A stretch of 64,000 nucleotides of DNA from Callorhinchus milii. Lineage: Eukaryota. Where the stretch lies: contig NW_024704743.1 of NCBI RefSeq assembly GCF_018977255.1, forward strand, positions 21,640,001 through 21,704,000. Direction: 5' to 3'. A program made the translations under genes and the position numbers. Below, one piece after another: positions 1-13,877 of this stretch; the stretch's first letter is position 1; the number at the start of each line of letters is the position of its first letter. Below the pieces are notes generated by a model. The model searched no databases, was not told the DNA's origin, and saw nothing but the letters and a program-made list of their open reading frames with translations.

Positions 1-989
1 ATTATGTTTTTGATGTATTTGAAAAGAATACATTATGGGACATTGTTGTGCGCAAATTGACTGCCACATTTGCATATAAAATTACCATTTCTGCACCTTT
101 CAGTAAAGCGCTTTGAGATGTCCTCCTGATGTGAAAGGTGCTGCAACAAATACAACAATTATTATTGTAGTCCGTGCAATCTCATTATCCTTTTATGATG
201 ATACATGTTACATATTTTAAAAGAGTATTGCTTACAAAGCAATGTTAAGGGCTATTATTAGGTGCTAATGTTTGTATTCGAGGGATTCAGAAGATAATCG
301 CAAATATAATTCATTACTACTTGAACTGTGCGAACTGCTTCATTGTAAACATATACAACATTTACATATACTGTAAAGCGGAGTAAACTGTGTGCTTTTG
401 TCTGCAAAGTTTGCTCAATACAGAAGTATGGTCCTGCTTACCAAATAAACGAACAGAAATGGACAACGTAATTAGAATCCACCTGGCTTACTGTCAGGCA
501 CAAATTTAGTGAAGATGGAATTAAATTAAAATTGACTTCTTTCTGGAATGTGTGTCAATAGATAAAGCAATAAAGCACAAGTCATATGGCACAAATACAG
601 TGTTTAAGGTTGATACTATTACTTATAAATTGCGTTTGGTGAATTCCACCCCCACCCTGTCCACCGGAGTCGTAAATATTTGTGCTGCGTTTGGATCCTG
701 TCACGTCACTTTGGGTGATGGAGAAAAAAAATGAAATTGATTTGTACAAAGTTCTGCATCTTAAGAAATTTTTTCTGTTTTTCTAATTGTTCATTCTGTT
801 TGATTTGGGTTTCTAGTGATTGAAAAATTGTGACGCAGAATGTTAAAACAGATGTTACTATCCTATTCAAACATCATGAGAATATTCTGTTGAGAGCATT
901 TCCAGTGTTTTCTAATCAAACCAATGCAAGCAGCAAACAGCTGTCAAGATAATAATAAGAAAAGCCTTGAACTGGCAGCTTTGATGAGC

Positions 990-2835
990 TCCATTATATC
1001 AGAGAACTGGTGGAGGCTGTTCGAGTGCAGATGGCGGAAAACTGGCCTGACAGTTCACCGCCAACTGGCTCGAGCATCTCCACAGCTACCGTCGTTCTTT
1101 GGAGCGCGAGAAAACGGTCTTCTACTCCAACATCATCTTGGAGGTTAAAAACAATCCTAAGATCCTTTTTTCCACCACCCACTACCTCCTCTGTGCCTCC
1201 CCTCAGGCCTTCTCAATTTTCACATCCAATGCCAAGTGCGAGGAAGTCATGGACTTCTTTTCATCCAAAATACACAACATCCGCCAAGCAGCCTCATCCT
1301 CCTGCCTCTTGTCACCCACCACCACCCCCTCTCCGTCCCCCTCACTCTCCCCATCATCTGCTCCTACCACCACCCCCATCCTACACCCCTTCCTCCCCAT
1401 CTCTCCCTCCCTCTCACCCACCATCATCTCAATGAAACCCACCACCTGCTGCCTCGATCCCCTCCCCACCAACTTGCTGGTCACCAGCTCCCCCTCCTCT
1501 GCCCACTACTGGCTGATGTCATTAACCAGTCCCTCTCCTCTGGATCAGTCCCTGCCCCCCTCAAAACTGCTGTCATCACCCCCCTCCTCAAAAATCCTTC
1601 CCTAGATCCCTCAAACCCCAGTCACTACCGCTCTATTTCAAACTTGCCCTTCCTCGCTGAAATCCAAGAACGCGTTGTTGCCAATCAACTCCACGAACAC
1701 CTCTCCACTCTCTCTTCGAACCCCTCCAGTCCAGTTTCTGCCCTGCCCACAGTACAGAGACTGCGCTTGTGAAAGTCACAAATGGCATCTTTATCTGTGA
1801 CCAGGGCTCCCTCTGCCTCCTTATCCTCCTGGACCTCTCCGCCACGTTCGACACAGTCGATCACACCATCCTCCACCTCCTTTCCTCCGTCATCCACCTC
1901 AGTGGGACCGCACTCGCCTGGTTTGAGAACCTACCTCACTAACCGCCAGCAGTACATCTGCACAAACGGCTTCTCCTCCCGCTCTCACCTGGTTACCTGC
2001 GGGGTATCCCAAGGATCCATCCTTGGACCCCTCCTCTTTCTGATCTACATGCTTTTTCTTGGGGATGTCATCCGCAAACATGGGGTACACTTCCACATGA
2101 ATGCGGATGGCACCCAACTCTATTTTTCCACCTCACTTTGCAACCCCCCCCAGTTCCCTGATGTTCTGTCAGCCTGCCTGTCAGACCTCAGGGGCTAGAT
2201 GAGCGCAAATTTCCTTCAGCTGAACGTTGACAAGACGGAAGCTATACTCTGGTTCTTGTCAACGTCTAAAATCACACGGTTCTCACCTCCTCCACCTACC
2301 CGACCTCCCCCTAAAACTCTCCGAACCCATACGCAACCTAGGCGTCAGGTTCAACCCCCAATTATCCTTCCTTCCCCACATCAGGTTCCTCACCAGCAAC
2401 GCTTTCTTTCACCTCCAACGCATCGCCCGTCTCCGCCAATACCTCTCTCCGAAAGCCGTTGAAATCCTGGTTCATGCCTTTGTCACCTCTCGGCTGGACT
2501 ATTCTAACACCCTCCTCGCTGGTCTCCCCTCCACTACCATCCATAAAATCCAGGTCATCCAAAACTTTGCCACCTGCATTCTTATCCGCACCAAACTCCA
2601 CTCCCCAATTGCCCCAGTCCCTGCCAGACTGCACTGGCTGCCTGTGCCAGAGAGGATCGACTTCAAGATCCTCACTCTTGTCTTCAAATCCCTCCACTCC
2701 TCTGCAACCCCATACCTCTCTGACCTCTCTCCTCAAAAGAGTGCCCGTTGCCTTCGTTCCACTGGGTCTGACCTCCTTGTCCTCCGAGTCCTCCGGCGTG
2801 GAGGGCACTATATAAATCCAAGTTGTTGTTGTTGG
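990..2835 (+). mobile_element. L2-clade LINE, 5'-truncated, frameshifted ORF2 (reverse transcriptase)
   Basis: Overlapping broken frames carry RRLFECRWRKTGL, KPTTCCLDPLPT, YRSISNLPFLA, GVSQGSILGPLLF, a degenerate YADD (NADG), SRLDYSN and LHWLPV; ends ...ctatataaatccaagttgttgttg. Confidence 0.93.
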
Positions 2836-3388
2836 TGTATGGCATTTCTGTTGCTGATTTAAGTCTTTGTTGTGGATTCAATTCTCAGTAATATGCAACT
2901 TTTTGAGACTGAGAATACTTTGCAGATTTCATACTTTCCTGTTAAAAATACTCCACTTTACGCTAAAGTGATGATGTGATAAAGCGCTATGTCAAATGCA
3001 AGGATTATTATAATTCAAAACTCTCACTTAAAGAATGGCAGCTGGTCCTGCATAATTGTGTTGGAAACTATATCCACATTATGTGGTTACTTCTTGTTTT
3101 CACTGTACCTTACTTCACCTCTATGTGCAATGAACTTTGTCTACAGTAATGGACTGCGCTGGGCGAGGTAAATAGAAAAACTCCCAAATGGCAGTGATCT
3201 TAAAAATGCAAAAAACTGCTGGAATGCTTTATCTTGTCTAATTGTTAATGAAAATGACTGGGCTGCGATCTCAGGCATCATCATTGATTGTGTACTTAAA
3301 TAGCATTATAACTACAGATATTTTTATTTGACCTGTTATGAAATAAAACTGAAAGTTCACAATGTTTTAATCACAATGCAGCAGGTTT

Positions 3389-3832
3389 GTCAGCCTGGCT
3401 CAATTGGTTGCACTTATCGTCTCTGAGCCAGAAGGATATAGGTTCAAGACCCGATGTTGGGATTAGGAACTATATAGTTTAAGATGACACTCCAGTGAAG
3501 TGCTGGGGGTGTCCTGCATTGTTGGAGGTGCAATCCTTTGGATGAGATGTTAAACCAAGGTCCCATCTGCCTGTTTCAGTGGAAGTTAAATTCCTGTGGC
3601 ACTATTCGAAAAGAGAAGTAAATTTCTCCTGACCTCCTGGCCAACAATCCTCAAACAATCCTGAAAAAAAATGAGTCATTCACTTCATGGCTTTTGTGGG
3701 ATATTGCTGATTGCCAAGGTTGCCCACATAGCACACAATCATTGCATTTACGATATATTCTGTTACGCCCTTTGGGCGTCCTCCTAATCTGAAAAGTACT
3801 GAAGCAATGTAAGGATTATTATTAATTATTAT
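3389..3832 (+). mobile_element. Older Deu-domain SINE (SacSINE1/AmnSINE1-like), full length
   Basis: tRNA-like head gtcagcctggctcaattgg...ggttcaagacc; Deu-like core ggaggtgc...ggatgagatgttaaaccaaggtcc...gcactattcgaa; ATT tail. Family name is from recalled consensus, not a search. Confidence 0.82.
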
Positions 3833-5599
3833 CATGAGTAATCAGTTCTATTCGCCCTACAGCTATAATTTCTGATGAACTATTGGCATTTGTGTTACCG
3901 TAACTCCAGGTTTGATCTCAAAGGTTGGTGTTTAAACTGTCCCCTGTATCATGGAGATCACAACAACACTGTGTAAAATAAGAAAATAAATAATATGATA
4001 GATTAGTCTGTGATAAAGGATACCGATTGGCCTTGAGACTTCAGGCCTAGACCACCTGATCAGCAAAATGTTAATTTTTCACCAGTTTCACCGTAACCAT
4101 TGACAATATTAAACAAAAATGAATCACTTTAAGACCTACAGTTTATAGTACACAAAACATTCTCTTCAAAATTAAAAAAAAATGGTGGGTAGGCTGGACC
4201 TAAAAAAGGGACAAACCAAAGGTTGCTGGATGTGTGATCGTTAACTCCAGCAATTGGTTTGACTTTTCTCCACTGCGTGTATCCTGACAACTAAGATTAT
4301 ACAACCAGAATTCAAATCATAGGGAAACCAGGCAAGAACTGGAAGTTCACCATCACCTCTAGTCTTACTCCTCAGTATTTTGTTAGGTTGATCGCCTTAG
4401 AAACTTTGCATAAGGGAATATGCTCAATATGACATAACATGATGAGAAACACGCATATAATGGTTCAACATCCCTTGCAGAAAGGCCATCTGTCACATCT
4501 AAATCCTCAGGAGAGAACGCCTCAAATGTCACTAATCATTCTGACCTTGAGGCTTAGCCGGGGACCTTCAGCCAATTGCCAACCTAGATCAAGCATGACG
4601 AGAGATTTAATAGGCAAGATTTATCAAAGGAACTTGCTTCAACTGTTTCATCACAGTTTTGTGTTCTCTGGTTGCTTTTCCTGTGGCATTGAGAATGATG
4701 TGTAGAAAAGGATTAGAAAATAATTCAGCTAAACAAATTCATGGCAATGCTAAACCATGACAGAGATTACCAAACAAAACTCCCCAAACAGCTGGCAAAA
4801 TGTATGAGGATGCATATTAGATCATTCATATAACAATCGTATAACACAACAGTAACATGAGATAAAAATGTTAATTATTTGTTTGCGTTCCTTCCTAGCA
4901 AGTAGTTATTTGTAGTGATATAAACATGGATATTTATGGTTGTTCCTGACTCTTTTGGACAAACTCCTACACAAGCCAAGGCCATTATCTGGAATCCATG
5001 ATGCAGAAGCATGCATTCTCTCCCTGTGGAAAACTCTCAGGTATTCCAAAAGCTAGTTTTAGCAATTGGTGCTTTCCAATGTGGGAACTAGTCAGTCGGA
5101 TTGCAGTGGGTTCCTATGATCCAGTTGATTCCTATGTTGGGCTCCTATGCTTGTAAATTGCACATGCATAACTACCTACTCGGACACACATCTCTCCAAA
5201 TCCAGAAATGCATATTTCCCATATTCTCTAAATATAGGAAATATGGTCCCATGTTTCAAAATGGCCAGCAGCTAATAATAATCGTTACATTTAATATTGC
5301 GCCTTATATCGTTGAGAAGTCTCAAAGCGCTTCACAGGATATACTGTAAAGTGGATTGACTGTATTTTGTGGCCAAAAATGATTAACGCACACTTGCCGA
5401 GCAGTGTATAAATTATATACGAACGGTTTGCACAGATTATTCATGCATCTGATAATAAAGGTGAAACGTGAAGATGCTTGTGTTTAACTGTTGCATTACA
5501 TTAAATAAATAACATAAATGTTTTGTTTTGCTGAGTATGCTATGCTGCTAAGTTGGAAAAAAACTTTTAATGCAAGGATTTCACAGACCAAGGTCTAAT

Positions 5600-7082
5600 T
5601 CCTCCATCAAGCCTCCTTTACCTCCCCTTCCTCTCCTGGGACAAGTTGTTGCTTCTCAGCTTCGCTCCTTCCTCCCCTGACACTCTCTTCTCGAACCCCT
5701 CCAATTGGGTTTCCATGCCACACACACAGCACAGACACCGCCCTGGTCAAAGTGACAAATGACATTCTGTCCATCTGCAACCAGGGCTCCCTCTGCCTCC
5801 TCATCCTCCTTGACCTCTGCTGTTTACGACACCGTCGACCACTCTATCCTCATCCACCGCCTCCCTCTCATCTCAACCCCCACGGTGCTGTCCGTGATTG
5901 GTTCAGATCGTACGTCTCACACCGCCTGCACTTCATCTCCTCTTGCCCCTGGACCATCTCATGCGGTGTTCCTCAGGGCTCTGTCCTTGGTCCCCTCCTC
6001 TTCAATATCTACATGGTCCCCCTTGGTGACATCATCCGCAGACATGGAGTCAACTTCCACATATATGCGGATGACACCCAACTGTACCTCTCTGGAAGAG
6101 AGTTAACTTTCTTCAGTTGAATAATAATAATAATAATAATCCTTGCATTTGATATAGCGCTTTTCACGTCAGGAGGACGTCCCAAAGCGCTTCACAGAAC
6201 ACACTGTAAAGTGAATTGACTGTATATTTGTGGGCGAACGCGGCAGCCAAATGTCAACAAGACCGAGGCTCTCCTGATTGGCTTCCATCAGCGCTTTCTC
6301 ACCGTAGGCACTGACAGTATCACCATCCATGGTTGCACACTCCACCTTACTAAGCCAGTCTTGGGGTCTTGTTCGACCCTCAAATATCCTTTCTACCCTA
6401 CATTTGGGCCATGACCCGCTCTGCCTTCCCCCACCTCTGCAACGTCGCCCGGCTCCGAGACTGTCTCACACCTCAGGGCACCGAAATCCTCACACACGCC
6501 TTAATTACATCGAGGCTGGACTATGCAAACTCACTCCTTGTTGGTCTCCCCAACTCCCCTCTCCACAGGCTGCAGATCATCCAGAACTCTGCGGCCTATG
6601 CCCCCTCTCGCACTAGGCTCCACGACCCTAACAGCCTCATCCTTGCCCAACTCCACTGGCTTCCCATCACACAGAGGATACAGGTCAAGATCCTGGTCCT
6701 CACCTTCAAAGCCCTCCATGGTCTTGCTCCCCCTTACCTCTGCGACCTCCTAACGCCCTACCACGCTGTTTGCTCCCTCTGCTCAGCGCGCTCTGGCCTG
6801 CTTCACGTCCCCCACCTTGCTCGCCTCACTCCACTCTGCACCCACCCTCTGAAACTCCATTCTGGCATCCGTCCGTCTCGGCCCCTCCTTCGCCACCTTC
6901 AAAACCCATCTCAAGACCCTCCTCTTCGACCGTGCTTTCGATCTCCCTGCTTCCTCTTCTGCCCTCCCCCCTCCCACACCCCTCCTCCCACCTCAGGTCC
7001 GGAACTCTGTCTGTCCAGCGCCTTGGGACATCCTCCCAACATGAAAGGCGCCATATAAATGTAATTTTGCTGCTGTTGTTGT
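5600..7082 (+). mobile_element. L2-clade LINE remnant interrupted by an antisense SINE
   Basis: GVPQGSVLGPLLF, YADDTQLY, SRLDYAN and LHWLPI in broken frames; 3' stem-loop followed by a (TTG)-like tail. Confidence 0.93.
6121..6251 (-). mobile_element. 5'-truncated young SINE inserted in the L2
   Basis: (TAA)n tail + tccttgcatttgatatagcgcttttcacgtc..., splitting the L2 sequence cagttga/atgtcaacaagacc. Confidence 0.88.
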
Positions 7083-8069
7083 TTACGCTTGTCAAACACA
7101 TTGCCGTTTGCCCAATGCTAATTTATTGATAAGCTAAGTGATTTTCAGCGATATATAAAATCTATATAAAAAATATCTGTCCCTCAGATGACAGCCACTG
7201 TGACCCATCATCTTGAACCTGAATTCAACTCTAGCTCAGTGCTTTTTTTAATTTTAAATCTTTTAACTTTAATTTTAATCTTTATCCCCCTCTTGTCCTG
7301 TACCTCACAATAGGATGTATTGTAAAATGCAGTGACTGTGTATTTGTTGGCAGTGCAGCAGCCAATTTGCAGACAGCAATGTCCCCCAAACAACCATGAA
7401 GTAAAATCTTGTTGAAGTTATACAGAACTACCACATGATGGCATTGTTGGAATCCTTAACGCCCTGGGATAAACTCACTTGATTTTTAATGCTGCCATAG
7501 GTTCCTTTATATCCACAGATTCATATTTCTTTACTAGTTCTGTGTTCATCTGTTCTTCCCTGAACTCCTAGATGATGTGAATGATGGCTTCAGCGTCTGG
7601 AGATAAGATTACAAAGTTTACTTTTCCCAAAAAAACACAGCGGTTTTATGAGCAGAATGTGCCATGGCAAAGGTTTATTTAAAATGAGGCTCATAACTAA
7701 TGGCAGGAGAATTCCTTTTAAGTGTAACAGAGGGTTTGAGTACGCAGCATGCAACTGTGTTATTAATGAAACCTGACAGCCAAAGCTTCCCTTATATCCT
7801 TTTTCTGATGAGAGCACATTAGCAGCTTTATTTCTGTAATTATAATATGATTTAATGTGTGCTCTCTGGGAAGCGGCTTCTCTGACAAGAAAGTGGTTAA
7901 GGGCTAAATAGATGCAACGTTAACCTCTTACAACTGATTACTGGAGCACATGTAAATAAAAGGCGTGACATTTATTGACTTATTGAAATGAACACTACAA
8001 TTCATGTTTCTTTGTTACTTCATAATATTAACTGTTAAAATATATTGGGGGTGGGGGAAATATGCAGAA

Positions 8070-8930
8070 AAACAACAAACAACAACAAATAATTGGATTT
8101 ACATAGCACCGTTACTTACTAAGGTGCTGCACCCGAGCTGGGATTTGGATTCAAGAGGGGATGGAGGTGGGAGGATGACTGAAGGCCGAAGACAATGTTC
8201 AAGCGGAAGGTCTTGAGATGGACCGTGATGGAGGCAAGGGAAGGGGCAAGGCAAAAGTACTCCAGGCTGGAGTTCCAGCGGGTGGGGGCAGAAAGGGAAT
8301 GGTGGGACAGGCAGGGTGGGAAATATGGAGCAGGTCTGTGCCCACCAAGTGGAAGGAGTGGGCAGGCAGATTGTTTTAGCCAGTCGAAGAGATAAGGAAG
8401 GGCAAGATTGTGGAGGGCTTTAAAAGTGAGGGCGAGGATCTAGAACTCATCTTCTAGGGGTTGGGGAGCCAGTGATGTCGGGCGGGGATGGGGGTGATGG
8501 TTTCACGGAGCCTGATGCAGGAGAGGACATGAGCTGCAGAGTTCTGAATAATATGCAATTTGTCGAGAGAAGAGTTGGGTAGTATGGCAAGCAGGGAGTT
8601 AGAGGAGTCAAACTTGAACATGATAAAAACACGGATAATAATAATAATCTTTGAATTTGATATAGCGCCTTATCATGTTTTCAAAACGTCTCAAAGCACT
8701 TCACAGAACATACTGTAAAGTGAATTGACTGTATATTCTGTGGGCGAAACGCGGCAGCCAATTGCGCACAGCAGTGTCCCACAAACAGTTGTGAATTCAG
8801 TGACCAAATTTTTTTTTATATAGTCTTGGCGGTCTGAGGGGAGAGGTAGTGGCGGAGGAGGACAATGTTGCAGTGGTGGGGGAAGGCTGAATGGGTCAAA
8901 GCACGGATGTGGGGATTAAAGGACAGTTGA
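8070..8930 (-). mobile_element. L2 LINE 3' remnant with a nested SINE fragment at ~8636-8810
   Basis: (CAA)n tail on plus; purine-rich reverse complement of the L2 ORF2 C-terminus; SINE tail and body inside. Confidence 0.8.
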
Positions 8931-9016
8931 GATTGTGATCATTTTCAGGGGTGATGATTATCACATTACATCACTTTGATTTCCCCTCTCCCCAACCGTC
9001 CCCAGAGTTATTTCTA

Positions 9017-9600
9017 TACTTTTTGTTTGGTCAGCCGGGTGTCTGAGACATGCGGAAACCCATCACCATGCTTAGGAGTATCCAAACCCCGCAGAAATAG
9101 AGATAGATTATTGGAATGGAATACGCACTCTCTCCCTTGTGGGACACATCCTGCTTGCCTAATTCCAGAAAGTATTAGGCGCAGGTTGGCAAGAGCCAAG
9201 GCTTGCTGACCTCATAGTGTGTGTTGGGGTATTGCTGGAGTTTAACCAGCTAAAACCGCATAGTTTGCCATTGATATTGCTGCCTGGCGAGCTTTCCCGC
9301 TGCTTGTCTAGCTCGGACCAACTTACTCGTTAGGGCTTGGCTTGCAGGGTTAACAGTCGCTCAGTGGGATGACTCCCTGCCCCCAGTGACAGTGTCCTTC
9401 CTGGTCCTGCCAATGAGCCAGTGTTGTCATCAGTAGTGCCTTGGAATATTGCGGACCCGCCTGGCTCAGGACCCGGACTACTGAGACCGCCACAGAGGGC
9501 TGGCTCGATTCTGACATTCGGTTGTCAGACATATCATCTTGGAGTCAGTTCAGCTCTAAAGAGACCCTGCTAACCTCCCCTCCAAGGATAGCCACTATAC
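9017..9600. repeat. Unclassified ~600 bp interspersed repeat (other copies ~12570-12920, 18995-19500, 35890-36200, 47925-48125, 52802-53110)
   Basis: Colinear blocks shared by six copies, e.g. gaaacccatcacyatgctta, ggttggcaagagccaaggcttg, ttgccattgatattgctg. Confidence 0.75.
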
Positions 9601-9777
9601 ATTACTAGATACATTATATAATAGAAATCATCGATGTGTTTAGAAACCTAGGACATGCAAAGAGGCAAAGGTATACAACAGTGTCCCAAAACAGCACCTC
9701 TTCTTAGCTCGTAAGCTCATGTTGTCTTAAAATGTTACATTGGACAGAATTGAATTGAAAAATCTTCAATTCAATTT

Positions 9778-10093
9778 GGAGCACTCATCTCACAAGCGAG
9801 AGACCCTAGGTTCAATTCCTGGCCAGGGCGAAATGTTAGGCAACTTTCCTTGCTCCAACGAGCAGAAACTAGGAACCTGGTTGTTAGGCGATTATCGGAT
9901 TGCTTTGCAGGGGTTATAATCCCTTCAAAAAAAAATAATAATCATAATTTGGTCACTCAATCCAGGTCTGCTTGTGGGACACTGCTGGGAGCAATTTGTT
10001 GCCGCATTTCGCCCACAAAATATGCAGTCAATTCACTTAACAGGATATTCTGTGAAGCACTTGAGACGTCTCAAAGAGGTGATAAGCGCCATA
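9778..10093 (+). mobile_element. tRNA-headed SINE, long form, slightly 5'-truncated
   Basis: B box ggttcaattcc, body and 3' stem-loop. Confidence 0.82.
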
Positions 10094-10684
10094 TTAATTT
10101 GGAAGCAGGTTCCTTTTAAGAGCTGTGGAAAAATTGAATAAACGGCTTCCAAATGAACAATAACAACATATTACTTTTGTATAGCGTATTTCACATCAGG
10201 AGGACATCCCAAGGCATTGGACAGTCAGGGATCTGCACCCCAATTTGCAATAAATATGCACAAGCTGAAACTTAAAAAAAAACAAGCAAAGACGAGGAAT
10301 TTCTGTCTTTACAATGCAGCAATAAATATCAATGGGATTCAAGTTTGGAATCATAGAAAGCATACCGCTCAGAATTAGGTCATTCAACCCATTGTGTCCG
10401 GTCCAATGAAAGCTCCCCCATTGGAGCTATCTACTCTTATCCTCTTTCCCAGTTCTTTATATCTTTTAATAATATTTTTCTTCCAGCATTTTCCCAATTT
10501 CCTTCCAATCTTTGCTCAGTACAAGTGAGCACAGTTTGCAGAGTATTGCTTTGTTCAGGACTGCCTTGAGCCTTAAGCTCCCTGCCTCATGTATTATGGA
10601 TAACAAGCTACTGACAAAGCTTGTTGTAGAATTCACCATGTTGATACCTTGGAGCGAAATATGTTCGTGATAAGATAAGTACAC

Positions 10685-11712
10685 AAACACAATACAAAAT
10701 TACACTTGTGTAGTGCCTTTCACATCGGGAAGACGTCCCAAGGCACTGGACAGTCGGGGATTTGGACCCGAGCGGTGAGGGGGGGGATGGGGTTTGGATT
10801 AAGGGAGGGTAGAGGGCAGGGAAGGTAAGAGAGTGGTCGAAGGCATGGTCGAAGAGGAGGGTCTTGAGACATGCCTTGAAGGAAGTAAGGGAGGGAGGGA
10901 GCGAAGCGAAGGGAATGTGGGATGGAGTTCCAAAGGGTGGGGATGGAGATGCTAGGGCCCGACCGCCGATGTTGGACAGGTTGATATGGGGTTAGCAGGT
11001 CACAGAGGTAGAAGGGGGCAAGGCCACGGAAGGCCTTGAAGGTGAGGACGAGGCTTTTGAACTCTATCCTCTGAGGGATGGGGACCCAGTGGAGCTGGGC
11101 GAGGGTGGGTGTGATGGGGTTATGGAGCCTGGTGCGAAAGAGGACACGAGCTGCAGAGTTTTGGATGATCTGCAGCTTTTGGAGGGAAGAGTTGGGAAGG
11201 CCAACAAGCAGGGAGTTGGAGTAGTTGAGCCTAGATGTGATGAATGATAGTTTCGGCGGCCTGAGGGGTGAGGCATTGGCAGAGCTGGGCAATGTTGCGG
11301 TGGTGGGGGAAGGCAGAGTGGGTCATGGCATGGATGTGGGGGAGGTAGGACAGTTGAGAGTCAAACAAGATGACAAGTTTCCAGACTGGCTTAGCAAGGT
11401 GGAGTGTGCAACCATGGATGGTGATGCTGTCAGCACCTGAGGTGTGAAGGCGCTGACGGGATCCAATCAGGAGAGCCTCGGACTTGTTGACGTTGACCTG
11501 TAAAAAGTTAGCGCTTATCCAGGACTTGATGTGACAGACATTCTGTCAGCACAGCAGTGGGCGTGGAGCCGAGGGTGGAGGCAGAGAGGAACAGTTGAGT
11601 GTCATCCATATACATGTGGAAATTGACCACATGTTTGTGAGTGATGTCACCAAGAGGGAGCATATACCAGCTGAAGAGGAGAAGACCAAGGTCAGAGCCC
11701 TGAGGAACACAA
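10685..11712 (-). mobile_element. L2 LINE remnant (RT core to 3' end)
   Basis: Minus-strand frames with [26 protein letters not shown] and LHWVPI; L2 3' stem-loop at ~10710-10750. Confidence 0.92.
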
Positions 11713-12269
11713 TCTGAAGACATACCTCTTCGACAGCAATTTTGGTCATCTTTCTCCTCTCTACCCCCTCCCAGCCTCAGCTGGAATGGTAAGCCAGCAA
11801 TGTCAAACGTTTGTAGACATCTTCCCAATGTGAAAGACACTATATAAATGTAAATTTTATTGCATTACATATAAGTTTTGGGAAAAGTTAAATTGTTGAT
11901 GACAATTTCGCAAAATAACAACTTGCATTTACCTGGCGTCCTTCACATAGGAAATTGTCTTGTCAAACAGATTGGACTGGATTTCACTGGCTGCTTGCTT
12001 ATCAGCAGCTTGTAGCAGTGATTCCCTGATTCCAGGCCATTAACATTCCCTCAGGACCCATATTACATGCAAAGTGGTGGTTTATGTGAGACCAACGAGG
12101 AGAGATATTTAATCTTCATTTATTTAAACGATCATACTGCCTCCAGCCTTACAAGATAGTGCCAAAGGACATGAGTGCTAATGGGTATTCAAACATTTTG
12201 AGGAACCCTGCAGGAATCTGGGAACAAATCTGATAGAATTTGCTGAACAAGCTGAACCCACCACATGGC

Positions 12270-12535
12270 TCTATTTACCTAGCATAAGTAGGAACTTGGT
12301 TGTTAGTTGATTGGCGGATTGCTTTCTGGGGGTAATAATCCTTTCCAAAAAATCTAAATACTTTGGCCACTCAATCCATAACTGTTTGTGGGACACTGCT
12401 ATGTGCAATTCGCTGCCGTGTTTCACCCACCAAATATAAATTCAATTAACTTTACGGTATATTCTGTGAAGCGCTTTGAGACGTCTTGAAGACGTGATAA
12501 GCCGCTTTATCAAATGCAAGGATTGTTATTATGAT
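12270..12535 (+). mobile_element. 5'-truncated SINE, long form
   Basis: tttacctagca...ctgtttgtgggacactgct...gaagcgctttgagacgtc...aggattgttatt. Confidence 0.85.
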
Positions 12536-13348
12536 TAAGGTGCTGTGCTTGATAACAGAAAGTTAAACTGAGTCAACCTTCTGTGGCGGGCTCGGTAATC
12601 CGTTTCCTGAGTCAGGTGGGTTCGGAATATTTCAGGGCACTGCTGATGACAACCCAGCCTGACTCATCGGCAGATGTGAAAGGACAGACCTTTCATAAGG
12701 AGCTGGGATTCTTCCCACTCGGCTTCTGTTTACCCTGCGTGCTAAAGTCCTAATGGGTGCCTTGCCAGACAGTGCTCTCAATTTGATTTTAGTTGGTTAA
12801 ACCCCAATGCACAGTCTAGGGACCCCAAACCTTGGCTCTTGCCAATCTACACCTAATTAGGTAAGCAGAGCATCCATCCAAAGAATGAGTGCACATTCCA
12901 TTTCAGACGCAGAGCCATTTCATATTGTCTCTCAGTGAAACTCTTAGACTGGGTTGAATACAGTTAAACGTGGTAATGGGCTTCCACATATGTCAGACAG
13001 CTGGCTGACTGAAAAAAATCAATAGAATTTAATGGGATTGAATGAAGAATGATGCAAATATGGCATTTCACAAATATCTTGGCTTCAAAATGCATACATA
13101 AGTTTTGAAGATTACAGACTTTGAGCTCATAAAAAAGCAGACATCAAATGCAGCGGTGGGGGAACAATGCACTGTTGGAAGTCCCATCCTTCAGATGAGA
13201 CATAAATCTGAGGTCCTGGCTGCCCTTTCAGGTGGTGTTAAAGATCCCATGGGACTATTCGAAAAGAGAAAAGTTTCTCCCGGTGTCCTGGCCAACAATC
13301 CATCAGATAAAAAAGTGGCCATTCACTTCATGGCTGTCTGTGTGATAA

Positions 13349-13877
13349 TGTACCCCAGGGCTCCATCCTTAGCCCTCTTCTTTTCCTCATCTATATGCTC
13401 CTTCTGGGTGATGTCATCTACAGACATGGGGTAAACTTCCACATGCATGTGGATCTCACAAAAATCTACTTTGCCTCCTCCAGCATCGACTCCAGGTCCG
13501 CGCTATTCTATCAGCTTGTCTGGCAGACAACAGGGCCTGAATGAGTGCAAACTTCCTACGGCTGAATATGGACAAGACAGAAGTCATACTCTTTGGCTCC
13601 CGTCAACATCTTCACTCCCGCGGATCTAAACTCCACACCCTCCCTGGGGCCTCCCTCACACTCACCGAACCAGTGTGCAATCTAGGTGTTCGGTTCGACC
13701 CCCAGCTGTCCTTCCTACCCCACGTCCAGTCCCTGAGCAAGACCGCCTTCCTCCACCTCTGCCACATTGCCCGCCTCCGACGTACCTTACCCCGAATGCA
13801 GTTAAAACCCTCTTGCATGTGTTTGTCACCTCCCGTCTGGATTACTCTTGCTGTCACCTCCCACCTGGATTACTCTT
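13349..13877 (+). mobile_element. L2 LINE internal fragment
   Basis: MSANFLRLNMDKTEVILFGS...NLGVRFDPQLSF...VTSRLDYS; truncated at both ends. Confidence 0.88.

Noticed and set aside
994..2881. Stack of overlapping Pro/Ser-rich ORFs as novel genes or an active reverse transcriptase
   Set aside because: They are alternative frames of a C-rich, frameshifted, 5'-truncated L2 ORF2 with a mutated catalytic motif. The same applies to ORFs at 5.6-7.1, 10.7-11.8 and 27.8-28.8 kb.
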